DNA from: an uncultured Verrucomicrobiae bacterium
GTDB taxonomy: Bacteria > Verrucomicrobiota > Verrucomicrobiia > Palsa-1439
NCBI GenBank assembly: GCA_963812605.1
Contig: CAWEWF010000001.1
Location: 544,001 to 608,000 of the forward strand
Length of the DNA: 64,000 bases
Reading direction: 5' to 3'
The notes under the pieces were generated by a model. It did not search any database. It was given only the letters and a program-made list of their open reading frames with translations, and was not told the DNA's origin. Position numbers and translations under genes: made by a program. The stretch's first letter is position 1; each line of letters starts with the position of its first letter. This document shows, piece after piece, positions 1-13,318 of the stretch.

Positions 1-2
1 AA

Positions 3-305
3 TTGGTCTTCAATTCATGCAAGTATTCCGGTTGCGCGCGAGCCCGGGTGCAAATAACGCGAAAACAGAATGCCTGGGTGCGTGTGGTGGTTGAAGATTC
101 GGGGAGGGGCTTTGACTCCAGGGCGCTAAGCGCGAGCATGGCCAGCGGCGAAAGGTGCGGATTAAGCGGTATCCAACAGCGCCTGGCGCATGCGGGCGCG
201 CGGATGTCAGTGATAAGCGAGCCGGGCGCCGGAACGCGTATCGAAATCCTGGCGCCATCGATACCCTCGACGTTACAGTTGGCAATGGTCGCAAATCCCG
301 TGTAA
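3..305 (+). CDS. sensor histidine kinase, C-terminal HATPase fragment (5' end outside window)
   Basis: Translation shows N box (VFNSCKY), G1 (VEDSGRGF), G2 (GLSGIQQR) and G3 (PGAGT); NarX/UhpB-like. Confidence 0.8.
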   Translation: MVFNSCKYSGCARARVQITRKQNAWVRVVVEDSGRGFDSRALSASMASGERCGLSGIQQRLAHAGARMSVISEPGAGTRIEILAPSIPSTLQLAMVANPV

Positions 306-501
306 GCCCGGTCCCTTATCTACCCTACCTTGGATGACCGTTCGCCGAGCGACAATGGTTATGGGCCCACTACTCCCAATGGGTTGTCATTAGTTGGAGT
401 CTGCCCGTCTTTGTCCGGAAAACCTGCCGGAGGTAATCGACTCGAGGATGGGGTGAACACCCTATATCGCACCCCAACTTCTGCGCGTACTGTATTCTGT
501 C

Positions 502-1749
502 GTGAAAAATCAATTCGAAGACGGTGACCGCACGTTTGAGAGCGGAGCATTATTGGTGAATGTCCCCACGCCCAAACCGAGTGAAAGAGAAGCCAGGCGA
601 CCGGAGTCGGCGGACGCCATGCGGGTAAACGAGATCCGTTATCGCCGCCTGTTTGAAGCGGCCCGGGACGGCATCCTCCTACTCGACCCCGGTACACGAA
701 AAATCGTCGACGCCAATCCGTTCATGTCGGAGTTGTTGAGCTACCCGCACGAGGAGTTGCTGGGCAAAGAACTCTGGGAAATCGGCTTGCTCAAGGATGA
801 AGAAGCCAGTCGGACGGCGTTTCGGGAGTTGCAGGAAAAACATTATATCCGCTACGAAAACCTGCCGCTTCAGACCAAACGAGGCCAGCGCCGGGACGTG
901 GAGTTCGTCAGCAACATCTACGAGGAGGACGGACGGAACATCATTCAATGCAATGTCCGCGACATCACCGAGCGCAAACGAGTGGAAGACGCCTTGCACC
1001 TGGCCAAAGACCAACTGGCCGATCAAGCGGCCAAACTGGAAAGTCTGGTGGGGGAGCGGACGGCCAAACTTCAGGAAACGGTCGCCGAACTGCAGGCCTT
1101 CTCTTACAGCGTATCCCACGACCTGCGCGCGCCCTTGCGGTCGATGCGGGGCTTCGCGCAAATCCTTGTGGATGACTACGGCAGCAAATTGGATGAACAA
1201 GGGGCCAGTTATCTTCAGCAGATTATCCGCTCCTCCTCCCGTCTCGACCGCCTGATCCAGGACGTCCTGAGCTACTCCAAAGTCCTCCATGCAAAGGGCC
1301 TGGTGCGGCCGGTGGACTTGGACGGGCTCGTGCGCGACATGATCGCGACCTACCCGAATGGGCGCAAGGCGGAGTTTCACATTCAAGGAAAGTTGCCGAC
1401 GGTCTCCGGGAACGAAGCCTTCCTCACGCAATGTTTTTCCAACCTGTTGGGTAACGCCTCGAAATTTGTTACGGAGGGAACCATCCCGCGCGTTGAGATT
1501 CATGCGGAAGACCGGGAGCCCTCGATGGTTCGCGTGTGGATTGAGGACAACGGGATTGGCATTGCCCCCGAAGACCACGAGCGAGTTTTCCGAATGTTCG
1601 AGCGAGTCAATCTGGCCACCGAATACGAAGGGACGGGCATTGGGCTTACCATCGTGCGGAAAGCGGCCGAGCGCATGGGCGCGCAAGTCGGATTCGAGTC
1701 GGAATTGGGCAAGGGAAGCAGGTTTTGGATTCAGTTCCAGAAAGGATAA
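502..1749 (+). CDS. PAS-domain sensor histidine kinase
   Basis: PAS (RYRRLFEAARDGILLLD...RDITERK), H-box SHDLRAPLR, NLLGNASKF, DNGIG, GTGIGL; start uncertain (502 GTG or 619 ATG). Confidence 0.92.
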   Translation: MKNQFEDGDRTFESGALLVNVPTPKPSEREARRPESADAMRVNEIRYRRLFEAARDGILLLDPGTRKIVDANPFMSELLSYPHEELLGKELWEIGLLKDEEASRTAFRELQEKHYIRYENLPLQTKRGQRRDVEFVSNIYEEDGRNIIQCNVRDITERKRVEDALHLAKDQLADQAAKLESLVGERTAKLQETVAELQAFSYSVSHDLRAPLRSMRGFAQILVDDYGSKLDEQGASYLQQIIRSSSRLDRLIQDVLSYSKVLHAKGLVRPVDLDGLVRDMIATYPNGRKAEFHIQGKLPTVSGNEAFLTQCFSNLLGNASKFVTEGTIPRVEIHAEDREPSMVRVWIEDNGIGIAPEDHERVFRMFERVNLATEYEGTGIGLTIVRKAAERMGAQVGFESELGKGSRFWIQFQKG

Positions 1750-1755
1750 GATCCC

Positions 1756-2259
1756 GTGACCGGCACAATCTTATTGGTGGAAGACGAAGAGTCCGATGTG
1801 TTCTTCCTGCGGCAGGCCATGCAAAAGGCGGGCGTGCTGAATTCCCTTCATGTCGTGAGCGACGGCCAGGAGGCCATTGACTATTTCAAAGGCGCCGGCA
1901 AATTTGCCGATCGCGAGGGATTTCCGCTGCCATCCCTGGTGCTGCTGGATTTGAAGTTGCCGCGCGTAATGGGGCTGGATGTCCTTAAATGGATTCGCCA
2001 ACAATCCAAAGTGGCGGTGATCGTGGTCATTCTCAGTTCCTCCCAGGAGGAAGCGGACATTGCGACAGCCTATCGCCTGGGAGCCAACGGGTATCTGGTC
2101 AAGCCGACCGATGTGGGCCAACTCACTGACATGGCCAAATCGATCAAGGACTTCTGGCTGATGCAAAACACACCGCCACCGGCAGATCAGTATCCGCGAG
2201 ATCACAGCCTTCTCGCTATGCCATCGGCGCGCGAATCATCGAGAGCGGCGTCCAATTGA
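1756..2259 (+). CDS. single-domain response regulator (Rcp1-like)
   Basis: ILLVEDE, LLDLKLP, LSSS, GANGYLVKP; 6 bp downstream of the kinase. Confidence 0.92.
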   Translation: MTGTILLVEDEESDVFFLRQAMQKAGVLNSLHVVSDGQEAIDYFKGAGKFADREGFPLPSLVLLDLKLPRVMGLDVLKWIRQQSKVAVIVVILSSSQEEADIATAYRLGANGYLVKPTDVGQLTDMAKSIKDFWLMQNTPPPADQYPRDHSLLAMPSARESSRAASN

Positions 2260-2639
2260 CGATCCGTGGGGGGCCCACACGGTTTTCTCTCTGGAATCCA
2301 AACTGGGGTCAATACCCCATAGCGCGGACATGACCGCGGGCTTATTCTCGTGTGATGAACCTGAGAGAATTTTTTCAAAGTGCAAAGTCGTCCGGCGCGT
2401 CGACTCAATCCCAAACTGATCCGCCCAATCGCATTTCATCGGCGGAACCACCACTCACGAAGGTGACGAAGCGGGATTCGCGGCTCCCGGTTGTTGTCCG
2501 GAAACCATTTTCCTCCGGCCACTCTTTCGAAACCGCGAAAGAGGACCTGCTCGTGACGGGCCGTGACGCCGTCGGCAGGGGGCGTTACTTCCCCTGTTCT
2601 GGCCGCACCAGCCATCTTGCTTGAGGTCGCGCCACTCTG

Positions 2640-3143
2640 GTGAAACACGACTCATTTGAAATCAACAAAAAGGATGACATGTCCATAGCTCGACGAGAGA
2701 CCGAAATCTCTGTACTAATCGGCCAGGAGCCGCCAAATGCCAGCGCCACGACAGTAATCGCGCGGTACCCCGATATCGAAGTGTTTACAATACGTTCCTA
2801 CTGCAACCGTGACGGCGTCGTATTGCTGTTGGTGACGACGAATGCGGCGAAAACCGCGCACGTCCTCAATGCTGCCGGGTTCCAATGCGAGGCCAACCCC
2901 GTTGTATTGATTGGCCCCATCAATCGCTCCGGCTGCGCGGCTCCCATCGGAACCGAGCTGACCAATGCGGGAATTGAAGTCCTCTACTCTTATACCTCTC
3001 ACAAGGAACGCGACCGGCATTACCTGGTTTTCAAGACATCCGATGATGATGGCGCGATTCAGATCCTGACTGCCAGCCCGGCATTTCAGTCGTTGACCTG
3101 CGATGATTCCCTGCAAGATCGGGAAATGGCAATCGCTGAATGA
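2640..3143 (+). CDS. tandem ACT-domain-like protein
   Basis: Two beta-alpha-beta-beta-alpha-beta-like halves (EISVLI...; LTNAGIEVLYSY); start uncertain. Confidence 0.55.
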   Translation: MKHDSFEINKKDDMSIARRETEISVLIGQEPPNASATTVIARYPDIEVFTIRSYCNRDGVVLLLVTTNAAKTAHVLNAAGFQCEANPVVLIGPINRSGCAAPIGTELTNAGIEVLYSYTSHKERDRHYLVFKTSDDDGAIQILTASPAFQSLTCDDSLQDREMAIAE

Positions 3144-3174
3144 TTCAGTTCATTCCGATAAGCGGCCGCAGTGG

Positions 3175-3591
3175 TCATTCCCCAATAATCTTCACCAGCG
3201 CGCGTTTGCGGCGTTTGCCGTCGAATTCGCCGTAGAAGATCTGCTCCCAGGGGCCGAAGTCCAGTTGTCCGTTCGTGATCGCGACGACCACCTCGCGGCC
3301 CATGATGGTACGCTTTAAGTGCGCGTCGGCGTTGTCTTCACCGGTGTTGTGGGCGTACTGGGAATGTGGTTTCTCGGGAGCGAGTTTCTCCAGCCACTTT
3401 TCGAAGTCCTGGTGCAGGCCCGATTCATTATCATTGATGAAGACGCTGGCGCTGATGTGCATGGCGTTGCAGAGCACGAGGCCTTCCTTGACCCCGCATT
3501 CCCGCAGACAGGTCTCCACTTCGGATGTGATATTGACGAAGCCGCGTCGGGAAGGGATGTTAAACCAGAGTTCCTTGCGATAGCTTTTCAT
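3175..3591 (-). CDS. yjbQ: YjbQ/UPF0047 family protein
   Basis: [36 protein letters not shown]; start trimmed to ATG at 3591. Confidence 0.92.
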   Translation of the reverse strand: MKSYRKELWFNIPSRRGFVNITSEVETCLRECGVKEGLVLCNAMHISASVFINDNESGLHQDFEKWLEKLAPEKPHSQYAHNTGEDNADAHLKRTIMGREVVVAITNGQLDFGPWEQIFYGEFDGKRRKRALVKIIGE

Positions 3592-3640
3592 GGCTTCCAC
3601 AATAACGTTTGTGCTAAGAATAACAACCGGAGAACGACCC

Positions 3641-3991
3641 ATGAAAATTGCCAGCGTCAAAGAGATTCCCTCGGAAAAGGTGGACATGGACGGCGCAAAA
3701 GACTGCCAGGTCAGGCTGGCGGTGACGGCGCGCGACGGCGCGCCAAATTTCGCGATGCGCATTTTTGAAGTGTCGGCGGGCGGTCACACGCCTTTGCATC
3801 ATCATCCGTACGAGCACGAGATCTTTGTGATGGAAGGGCAGGGAACCGTCTGGCGGGACGGCCAGGAAGTGGCGATCAAGCCGGGCGACGTGCTTTACAT
3901 CCCGGCGGATGAACAGCACCAGTTCAAGAACGCCGGCGACCAGGCTTTCAAGTTTATGTGCCTGATCCCGGCGAAATTCCAAAAGTGCTGA
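3641..3991 (+). CDS. cupin domain protein
   Basis: [14 protein letters not shown] and IPADEQHQF cupin motifs. Confidence 0.9.
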   Translation: MKIASVKEIPSEKVDMDGAKDCQVRLAVTARDGAPNFAMRIFEVSAGGHTPLHHHPYEHEIFVMEGQGTVWRDGQEVAIKPGDVLYIPADEQHQFKNAGDQAFKFMCLIPAKFQKC

Positions 3992-3997
3992 ACGCAA

Positions 3998-4552
3998 ATG
4001 GCGCGGCTCACCAATATCGTCACGCGCACCGGGGATGACGGCACGACAGGGTTGGCCGGTGGCGGGCGCGTCAGCAAAGATTCGCCCCGCGTCTGGGCGT
4101 ACGGCACGGTGGACGAGTTGAACTCGGCCATCGGCGTGGTCCGGTCCCTGAACTCCGATCCCGATCTCGATGCGCGCCTCCGCCAGATCCAGAACGATTT
4201 GTTCAATCTCGGCGGAGAACTGGCCACGCCACCGGACAAATTTCAAAAAGGCATGCCGCGCATCGAGCGCCGGCACGTGATGGATCTGGAGAAGCAGGTT
4301 GAGGAATTGACCGGGAAGCTGGGGCCGTTGCAGGAGTTTATCCTGCCCGGTGGCGGCCCGGTGGGCGCGCAATTGCATGTGGCGCGGACGATTTGCCGTC
4401 GAGCGGAGCGCTTCTGCGTGCGCCTGGGCAAGGAAGAAAAGATCGGTGAGTTCGTGACCCCTTACCTGAATCGCCTGAGCGATGCCTTGTTCACGCTGGC
4501 CCGCTGGAGCAACAAGAAGGCCGGCGCCAAAGAGACGTACTGGAAAAAATGA
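3998..4552 (+). CDS. pduO: ATP:cob(I)alamin adenosyltransferase, PduO type
   Basis: TRTGDDGTT, YGTVDELNS, ARTICRRAER, YLNRLSD. Confidence 0.93.
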   Translation: MARLTNIVTRTGDDGTTGLAGGGRVSKDSPRVWAYGTVDELNSAIGVVRSLNSDPDLDARLRQIQNDLFNLGGELATPPDKFQKGMPRIERRHVMDLEKQVEELTGKLGPLQEFILPGGGPVGAQLHVARTICRRAERFCVRLGKEEKIGEFVTPYLNRLSDALFTLARWSNKKAGAKETYWKK

Positions 4553-4565
4553 CGGGCACTGGCTC

Positions 4566-4591
4566 GTCATCCTGAGCGCAGCGAAGAATCT
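4566..4591. repeat. REP-like extragenic repeat (GTCATCCTGAGCGCAGCGAAGAATCT)
   Basis: Matches the recurrent GTCATCCTGAGCG...CGAAGAATCT type; lies between convergent genes. Confidence 0.55.
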
Positions 4592-4599
4592 CGCGCTGT

Positions 4600-5340
4600 C
4601 TACGCGTGGACGAGCATTTTGCCGAGCCGGGCACTCACCGCGGTGAACACGATCTCGCCGATTTGGACGAGGTTGAATCGCGAATTATCGATCACCAGGT
4701 CGGGATTGATGACGTGTTCGGGATGTTCCACGAAATGTTTGCGCAGGTACTGCTCGCGACGCCGTTCGCCATCCGTGATGATCTTTTTGGCTTCACCGTG
4801 GGTCACTTCACGAGTGGCGGCCACATGGAGCGCGCGCCAGTCGAGGGGCGCGATCAGCTTCACATGCAGACCGGTCTTCAAATCCTGCGTGATCAGATAA
4901 CTGCCACGCCCGAGCAGAATGGCGCGCCCGAGGATGGCCAGCGAGCGGACCACTTCCGCCAACTGCCGCATCTCCGGCGCATCGTCCGCCTCCCGATTGA
5001 GAATCGTGTCGAACAATTTGCCCGTTCCCTCGCGGCGACGGCTATCGAGCGCCTCGGTCACGGTACCGCGAAGATGCGGGTCGGTTGAGATTTTATTGAG
5101 CAACTCGTGATCGTAATCGACCCAGGCGAAAGACGGGCGACAGCGTTCGTTCAGAACGTCCACGAGCCGGTGAGCGAGGGCCGCGCCTTCGCACCCGTAT
5201 TGCCGCGAGATGGTGATGAATTGGTGAAACTCGGGGGAACGTGGGGAGTCGGCGTGCTTGGGTTTGTGCCAGGCGCGCACGTGCGCGTCAAGGCGGGCGT
5301 CAAGATCCGGTCTCACCCAACCGTAGGGGCTCTTGCTCAT
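4600..5340 (-). CDS. cytidylate kinase-like family protein
   Basis: ITISRQYGCEG, GRAILLGRGS, DLVIDNS; ATGA overlap with the atpC stop. Confidence 0.85.
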   Translation of the reverse strand: MSKSPYGWVRPDLDARLDAHVRAWHKPKHADSPRSPEFHQFITISRQYGCEGAALAHRLVDVLNERCRPSFAWVDYDHELLNKISTDPHLRGTVTEALDSRRREGTGKLFDTILNREADDAPEMRQLAEVVRSLAILGRAILLGRGSYLITQDLKTGLHVKLIAPLDWRALHVAATREVTHGEAKKIITDGERRREQYLRKHFVEHPEHVINPDLVIDNSRFNLVQIGEIVFTAVSARLGKMLVHA

Positions 5341-5762
5341 CGCTTAACGAGAGCATAATCCGCAACCTTCAATCGCGCAAGCGCGCGTTGGAGGGAAGCC
5401 TTGGCCCGAGCCAGGTCGATCTCGGGAGCGGCTTGCTGCAATCGTTGCTCCGCCCGCTCCTGCGCGCGACGGGCGCGTTCCACATCGATTTCCTCGGGGC
5501 GCTCGGCGCTACGCGTGAGCACCGTCGTGCGCTCCTTCTGCACCACGAGGAATCCGGTGCCGACGGCGACATACTGGTCCTGCCCGTCGGGCAGACGCAT
5601 CCGCAACGGACCGGGCTTGAGCGCGAACACGAACGGCGCATGGTGCGCGAGGACCTCAAACACGCCTTCCTGGCCGGGGGCAATGACAAAGCGGATTTCT
5701 TCGCGCAGAAAGAGCTTCTGCAGCGTGAGGATTTCAAACGGGAATGTCTTCTCGTCGGCCAT
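5337..5762 (-). CDS. atpC: ATP synthase F1 epsilon
   Basis: GVFEVLAHHAP, EIDVERARRA; operon position. Confidence 0.95.
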   Translation of the reverse strand: MADEKTFPFEILTLQKLFLREEIRFVIAPGQEGVFEVLAHHAPFVFALKPGPLRMRLPDGQDQYVAVGTGFLVVQKERTTVLTRSAERPEEIDVERARRAQERAEQRLQQAAPEIDLARAKASLQRALARLKVADYALVKR

Positions 5763-5769
5763 GACGCGC

Positions 5770-7229
<1,460 letters not shown>

Positions 7230-7244
7230 AACTACCTTCAAGAA

Positions 7245-8111
7245 CTATTCTTTTTTCGCCAACGCGTCGGCGCCGGCGACAACTTCCAGCAGCGCCGTGG
7301 TGATCGAGGTCTGGCGGGCGCCGTTGTACTCGCGGGTCAGGCTGGTAATCATGTCGGACGCGCTGTCCGTGGCCGCTTTCATGGCCACCATGCGCGCCGC
7401 CTGTTCGCTGGCCAGCGACTCGACGAGCGCGCGATAGACCAGGACTTCGATATACTGCGGCAGCAATATGTCCAGCAACTCGTCCACGTCAGGCTCAAAT
7501 TGATAGGCTGTCTTCGGCCCTTGTTTGGCTGCTTCCGGTCGATTGAGCGGCAGCAACTGAATCACTTTGGGTTCCGATCGCAGCACGCTGACAAATTTCG
7601 CGTAACCCAGGTAGACCTTGTCGTATTTGGCCGCGCCGTAATCAGCAATGATCTTTTTGCTGATGCTGGCGACCTCTTCCAGGCGTACGTCGCGCGAAGG
7701 TTGCGGGAAGTGCTGGGAGATCTTGTACCCCACGTGCTGGAAATGGTCACGCCCCTTGCGTCCCACCGTGATGATCTCCACCGGCACGGTTTGCTCGTTA
7801 AAAAACCGCTGCGCCTCGCGGAGGATGCCCGCGTTGAACGGGCCGCACAAGCCGCGGTCGGCGGTGATCAACACCAGGGCCACGTTTTTCACCGCGCGCT
7901 CGGCCATCAACGGATGACGGCTCGCGCCGCCGCTGGAGGCGACAACGTCCTGCAGGATCTCGGAAAGACGTTCCGCGTAGGGTCGCGCGGACTCGGCCTT
8001 GCTTTGCGCGCGCCGCAGGCGGGCCGCGGCGATCATGTTCATCGCGCGCGTGACCTGGCGGATGTTCTTGACGCCCTTGATGCGGCGTCGAATGTCGCGA
8101 AGCGAGGCCAT
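7245..8111 (-). CDS. atpG: ATP synthase F1 gamma
   Basis: IRRRIKGVKNIRQVTRAM, DRGLCG, SEQAARMVAM, RQTSIT. Confidence 0.97.
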   Translation of the reverse strand: MASLRDIRRRIKGVKNIRQVTRAMNMIAAARLRRAQSKAESARPYAERLSEILQDVVASSGGASRHPLMAERAVKNVALVLITADRGLCGPFNAGILREAQRFFNEQTVPVEIITVGRKGRDHFQHVGYKISQHFPQPSRDVRLEEVASISKKIIADYGAAKYDKVYLGYAKFVSVLRSEPKVIQLLPLNRPEAAKQGPKTAYQFEPDVDELLDILLPQYIEVLVYRALVESLASEQAARMVAMKAATDSASDMITSLTREYNGARQTSITTALLEVVAGADALAKKE

Positions 8112-8137
8112 GTTATCTTGTGATTATTGTAGACTAT

Positions 8138-8455
8138 TTATCCGGGGCGTAGAAATCGCGGTGGAAGTATGGTGACCTGCGAAGACGGCATCGCTGCCAA
8201 GTAAACAAGCGCCTTATCGAATTTTGACGGATAAATTCCGCCTTTGAGTTGTTTTAGGACATCCGCGTCCACGAAATAATTTGCGTCTTCAATCAACGCA
8301 TTCGCGTATCCGTCCACCGTCATATCGGCAATTTCCGGTGCGTTTTTTGCCGCGTCGCGGCGAATCATTTCCAGAATGGTTTTAGCGGTGCCTCCTCGGA
8401 TCCTTTTGCCGACCAGCACTGTATATTTCACTGGGCCATTTATTATTGTACTCAT
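8138..8455 (-). CDS. hypothetical protein (105 aa), inserted in the atp operon
   Basis: Fills the gap, overlaps the upstream ORF by ATGA, is preceded by AGAGGA and is AT-richer than the flanks. Confidence 0.7.
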   Translation of the reverse strand: MSTIINGPVKYTVLVGKRIRGGTAKTILEMIRRDAAKNAPEIADMTVDGYANALIEDANYFVDADVLKQLKGGIYPSKFDKALVYLAAMPSSQVTILPPRFLRPG

Positions 8456-8913
8456 CGACTTATCCTCTTTAATCCTTGAAGCCAGCGGCGTACCTGTGTT
8501 CGAGCGGTACCGGGCCGCATATAACCAAGTGCTTTGATGAGTGGATCTTCCTGTCGGACAAACGAACTAAGCATTCGTGACACGCGCCAATCACTTGTCG
8601 ACGCCCCGTGGAAAAGCAGCAAGGTTTGTGTTCCGTAATCGCGAGTTCGTTCAACTTCCATCAGTGCACCTGACATCTCTGAAACCTCAAAGACAGCGTA
8701 ACGGCATGCGTGCAAGAGCGCAAGTGTTAGGTCGTGAATTTGCTCTGCCGTCATTGGGTAATCATCCGCGATAACCGGGACAAAGCCCTCCTCGCGCGCG
8801 ATGCGGGCCAGATCGTCTAGGAGCTTCCTGCTCGGACCATGGTAGCTTCCACCGATAAAAAGCCAACGTCCATACTTACCGGCAAGGTTAAACGTGCTTT
8901 TGCTTCTCGGCAT
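8452..8913 (-). CDS. nucleoside 2-deoxyribosyltransferase/TIR-like fold protein, inserted in the atp operon
   Basis: Beta-alpha pattern LFIGGSY...GFVPVIADD...CRYAVFEVS..SGALMEVE resembles the NDT/TIR catalytic-Glu helix (inference). Confidence 0.6.
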   Translation of the reverse strand: MPRSKSTFNLAGKYGRWLFIGGSYHGPSRKLLDDLARIAREEGFVPVIADDYPMTAEQIHDLTLALLHACRYAVFEVSEMSGALMEVERTRDYGTQTLLLFHGASTSDWRVSRMLSSFVRQEDPLIKALGYMRPGTARTQVRRWLQGLKRISR

Positions 8914-8937
8914 AATTATTTCAAGCCTGATGGCAGC

Positions 8938-10488
<1,551 letters not shown>

Positions 10489-10499
10489 GGTCTTCCTCG

Positions 10500-11036
10500 T
10501 TACTGCGCTAAACGTTCTTTAATTTGGTCGAGCTTGCGGCGCAGGCTGCCGTCAATGATCTGTTCGCCAACCTTGATAATGGCGCCGCCCAGGATCGCCG
10601 GGTCAATCCTCTGGAAAAGTTGCACGCTCTTGCCCGTGATACGGGACAGCTCCGTCGCGAGACGCTTGAGCGTGGCGTCATCCAGCGTAATCGCGGTGGT
10701 GATTTCACCGCTGACGTTCTGGCGCGCGTCATCGGCGCTCGTGTCAAACTCCTCAATGACGTGCAACACGCGACCCCCGCGGTCCAGATCGCTCAGGGTG
10801 ATAAGCATGTTGAGCACGAGCGGATGGATGCGGCCTTGAAAGAGCGCGGCAAGCGCCTGGCGTTTGCCTTCATGTTTGACGTTCGGGTCCTTGAGAAATT
10901 CCAACAGGTCGGAGTTCTTCTTCAGCAACTCGCGCAGGCGGAACAATTCCTCCTCGACGCGGGTGACGACGCCTTCGGCCTGCGCCATCTCGAAGAGGGC
11001 GCGGGCGTAACCGGTATCGATGGGGTCGTGCGGCAT
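10500..11036 (-). CDS. atpH: ATP synthase F1 delta
   Basis: YARALFE, DPAILGG, IDGSLR. Confidence 0.95.
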   Translation of the reverse strand: MPHDPIDTGYARALFEMAQAEGVVTRVEEELFRLRELLKKNSDLLEFLKDPNVKHEGKRQALAALFQGRIHPLVLNMLITLSDLDRGGRVLHVIEEFDTSADDARQNVSGEITTAITLDDATLKRLATELSRITGKSVQLFQRIDPAILGGAIIKVGEQIIDGSLRRKLDQIKERLAQ

Positions 11037-11053
11037 GGAGATCAATCGGTGGC

Positions 11054-11671
11054 TCAGGAGCGTTGCACTTTACCGAGGTCCTTGATCAGGTTGTCGATGA
11101 GCTGGCGATGGGTCGCCTCGTTGACTTCTTTTTCGATGACCTTCGAGGCGATCTGGACGGAGAGGCTGGCCACAGTGTCCTTCAACTCCTGGATGCCTTT
11201 CTCCTTCTGCCGGACAATTTCCTCCTGGGCGCGCTGTGCCACCGCGGAAGCCTCGGTATTGGCCTTCTCGACGACCTCCTTGCGGACACGTTCACCTAGT
11301 TGGCGGGCTTCTTCGATAATCTTGCCGGCCTCGTTGCGGGCTTCGGCGACCTGTTTCTGGTAGTCTTCCATCAGCTTCTTCGCATCGGCGCGGGATTTCT
11401 CGGCGTCATCGATGGACTTCTTGATGGTCTCCCCGCGGCGGTCGAGCGCCTGCGCGATGGGCTTGAAGGCGAACTTCGACAAAAGATAGAGCAGGATCAC
11501 GAAGGTGACCAACGTCCAGATTTGCAGGCCCCAATCAGTCGGCGGGATCTGGCTGCCTTCGCCGGGCGGCGGCGCCGTTGCCGCTTCCTCCGCCCAAGCC
11601 ACGGCGCCGGTGAGGGCGACGAAACTCAGCGTGGCGAGGAACGTATGGATGATGCGATGAAGTGTCTTCAT
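11054..11671 (-). CDS. atpF: ATP synthase Fo b
   Basis: TM helix followed by FKPIAQALDRR and a coiled coil; signal-like N-terminal extension. Confidence 0.93.
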   Translation of the reverse strand: MKTLHRIIHTFLATLSFVALTGAVAWAEEAATAPPPGEGSQIPPTDWGLQIWTLVTFVILLYLLSKFAFKPIAQALDRRGETIKKSIDDAEKSRADAKKLMEDYQKQVAEARNEAGKIIEEARQLGERVRKEVVEKANTEASAVAQRAQEEIVRQKEKGIQELKDTVASLSVQIASKVIEKEVNEATHRQLIDNLIKDLGKVQRS

Positions 11672-11678
11672 GGGACGG

Positions 11679-11972
<294 letters not shown>

Positions 11973-12740
11973 CTAATGCGATTCTTCGAGTGCTTCGCCC
12001 AGGTACAACGCGGTCAACAAGGCGAAAATGAAGGCCTGTATGAAGGCCACAAAGATTTCAAAACCGTCCATCACGATCACGCCAACGAGCGGTACCGGGG
12101 CAAGGATTTTCATGAAGAAGCCCTGCTGCAAGAGGTAAGTCACCCCGATCAATTCACCGGTCAGCAAGACGAGGATGATCTGGTGGCCGGCGGTCATGTT
12201 TGCGAAAAGACGAATGGCGAGGGAAAAAGGCCGGGCAAAGATACCGATCAATTCGATGAACGGCATGAGCGTGTAACGCAGCCAGGCGGGCGCGCTATGC
12301 GGGAAAAGCAGCTTCACGTAGTACAGCGGACCATGCCGTTTCACCGCCACCACCTGGACGACAAGGAATACGACAATCGCCAGGACGGCGGTGACGTTGA
12401 GGTTGCTCGTGCCCGCATGAAAGTAACCGGGAACCGGAATCAGGCCAATGAGATTGCTGAATAAGATGAAAAAAAAGACGGTGGCCACGAACGGAAACCA
12501 CTTTGCGCCGTGGTGCCCCATGAACGCGTCGGAGACGTTCTCGCGAACAAATTCCAGCATCGACTCCACCAGGTTCGCGAAGCGTCCCGTACCATCCTCT
12601 TTCATGGCCCGCGCCGCGCCGACCAGGAAAAGAAAGGTGAACAGGCCTCCCAGCCACAGAATCACGACGAAGTTCGTGATACTCAGATTGAGCCCGAACA
12701 GCTCGATCATTCTATGTACGATTACATGGTGCTCGCCCAT
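11973..12740 (-). CDS. atpB: ATP synthase Fo a
   Basis: RPFSLAIRLFANMTAGH, IQAFIFALLTALY. Confidence 0.96.
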   Translation of the reverse strand: MGEHHVIVHRMIELFGLNLSITNFVVILWLGGLFTFLFLVGAARAMKEDGTGRFANLVESMLEFVRENVSDAFMGHHGAKWFPFVATVFFFILFSNLIGLIPVPGYFHAGTSNLNVTAVLAIVVFLVVQVVAVKRHGPLYYVKLLFPHSAPAWLRYTLMPFIELIGIFARPFSLAIRLFANMTAGHQIILVLLTGELIGVTYLLQQGFFMKILAPVPLVGVIVMDGFEIFVAFIQAFIFALLTALYLGEALEESH

Positions 12741-12749
12741 CGCTAAATC

Positions 12750-13043
12750 CTACCTCTTGGGAAAAATCAACTGCTTCAACTGAACTAAGAGCGGCGCAGT
12801 ATAGGTAACGGCCAAAGCGCCCGTCAACCAGTATTTGTCCGCCTCCGTGTACTTGAATACCAGCCACCAGGCCACGACGACAAACAGGAGCCGTCCCACC
12901 GCGCCAGGGATCAGGACCGACACGCCCTTCGGTTGCACCACCTGGCTCTTGAGGCGCAACTCGTGTATCTGCAAGGCGGCGCTCACACCGCCGATCAACA
13001 CGCCGAAGACCACTCCCAGGATGACCGAGCGATCCGGGTTCAC
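12750..13043 (-). CDS. ATP synthase accessory membrane protein (AtpI-like)
   Basis: Three hydrophobic helices, directly upstream of atpB. Confidence 0.65.
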   Translation of the reverse strand: MNPDRSVILGVVFGVLIGGVSAALQIHELRLKSQVVQPKGVSVLIPGAVGRLLFVVVAWWLVFKYTEADKYWLTGALAVTYTAPLLVQLKQLIFPKR

Positions 13044-13258
13044 TTCGGTTTTTCTCCGCCATCACGGAAGGCGTAATACACGACCCGAAAACCCGCGGCC
13101 GCGCCCAAAAAAAAGAACAGGATCAGGAACACCGGCGACTGGCCGGTTTTCTTGTCGATCCAATATCCGATGGCCGCAATAACCACCGTGGTCAAAACCA
13201 TTTGCGTGCCCAAGGCCATGTACCGGCCCATGCCTTGATAATCTTTGCCCAAATTCAT
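13040..13258 (-). CDS. AtpZ/AtpI family protein
   Basis: IGYWIDKK...LGAAAGF pattern; first gene of the atp operon. Confidence 0.85.
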   Translation of the reverse strand: MNLGKDYQGMGRYMALGTQMVLTTVVIAAIGYWIDKKTGQSPVFLILFFFLGAAAGFRVVYYAFRDGGEKPK

Positions 13259-13300
13259 CTGGATTCACTTGCGACAACGTCAGTTCGGGCAACCAAAAGT

Positions 13301-13318
13301 GTGTGAAAACTATCACAA
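13301..13318. promoter_or_regulatory. putative Rex operator overlapping the atp operon promoter
   Basis: GTGTGAA-AACT-ATCACAA against the Rex consensus TTGTGAA-N4-TTCACAA (2 mismatches); overlaps a minus-strand TTGCCT-N16-TAGTTT; rex is present in the window. Confidence 0.6.
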
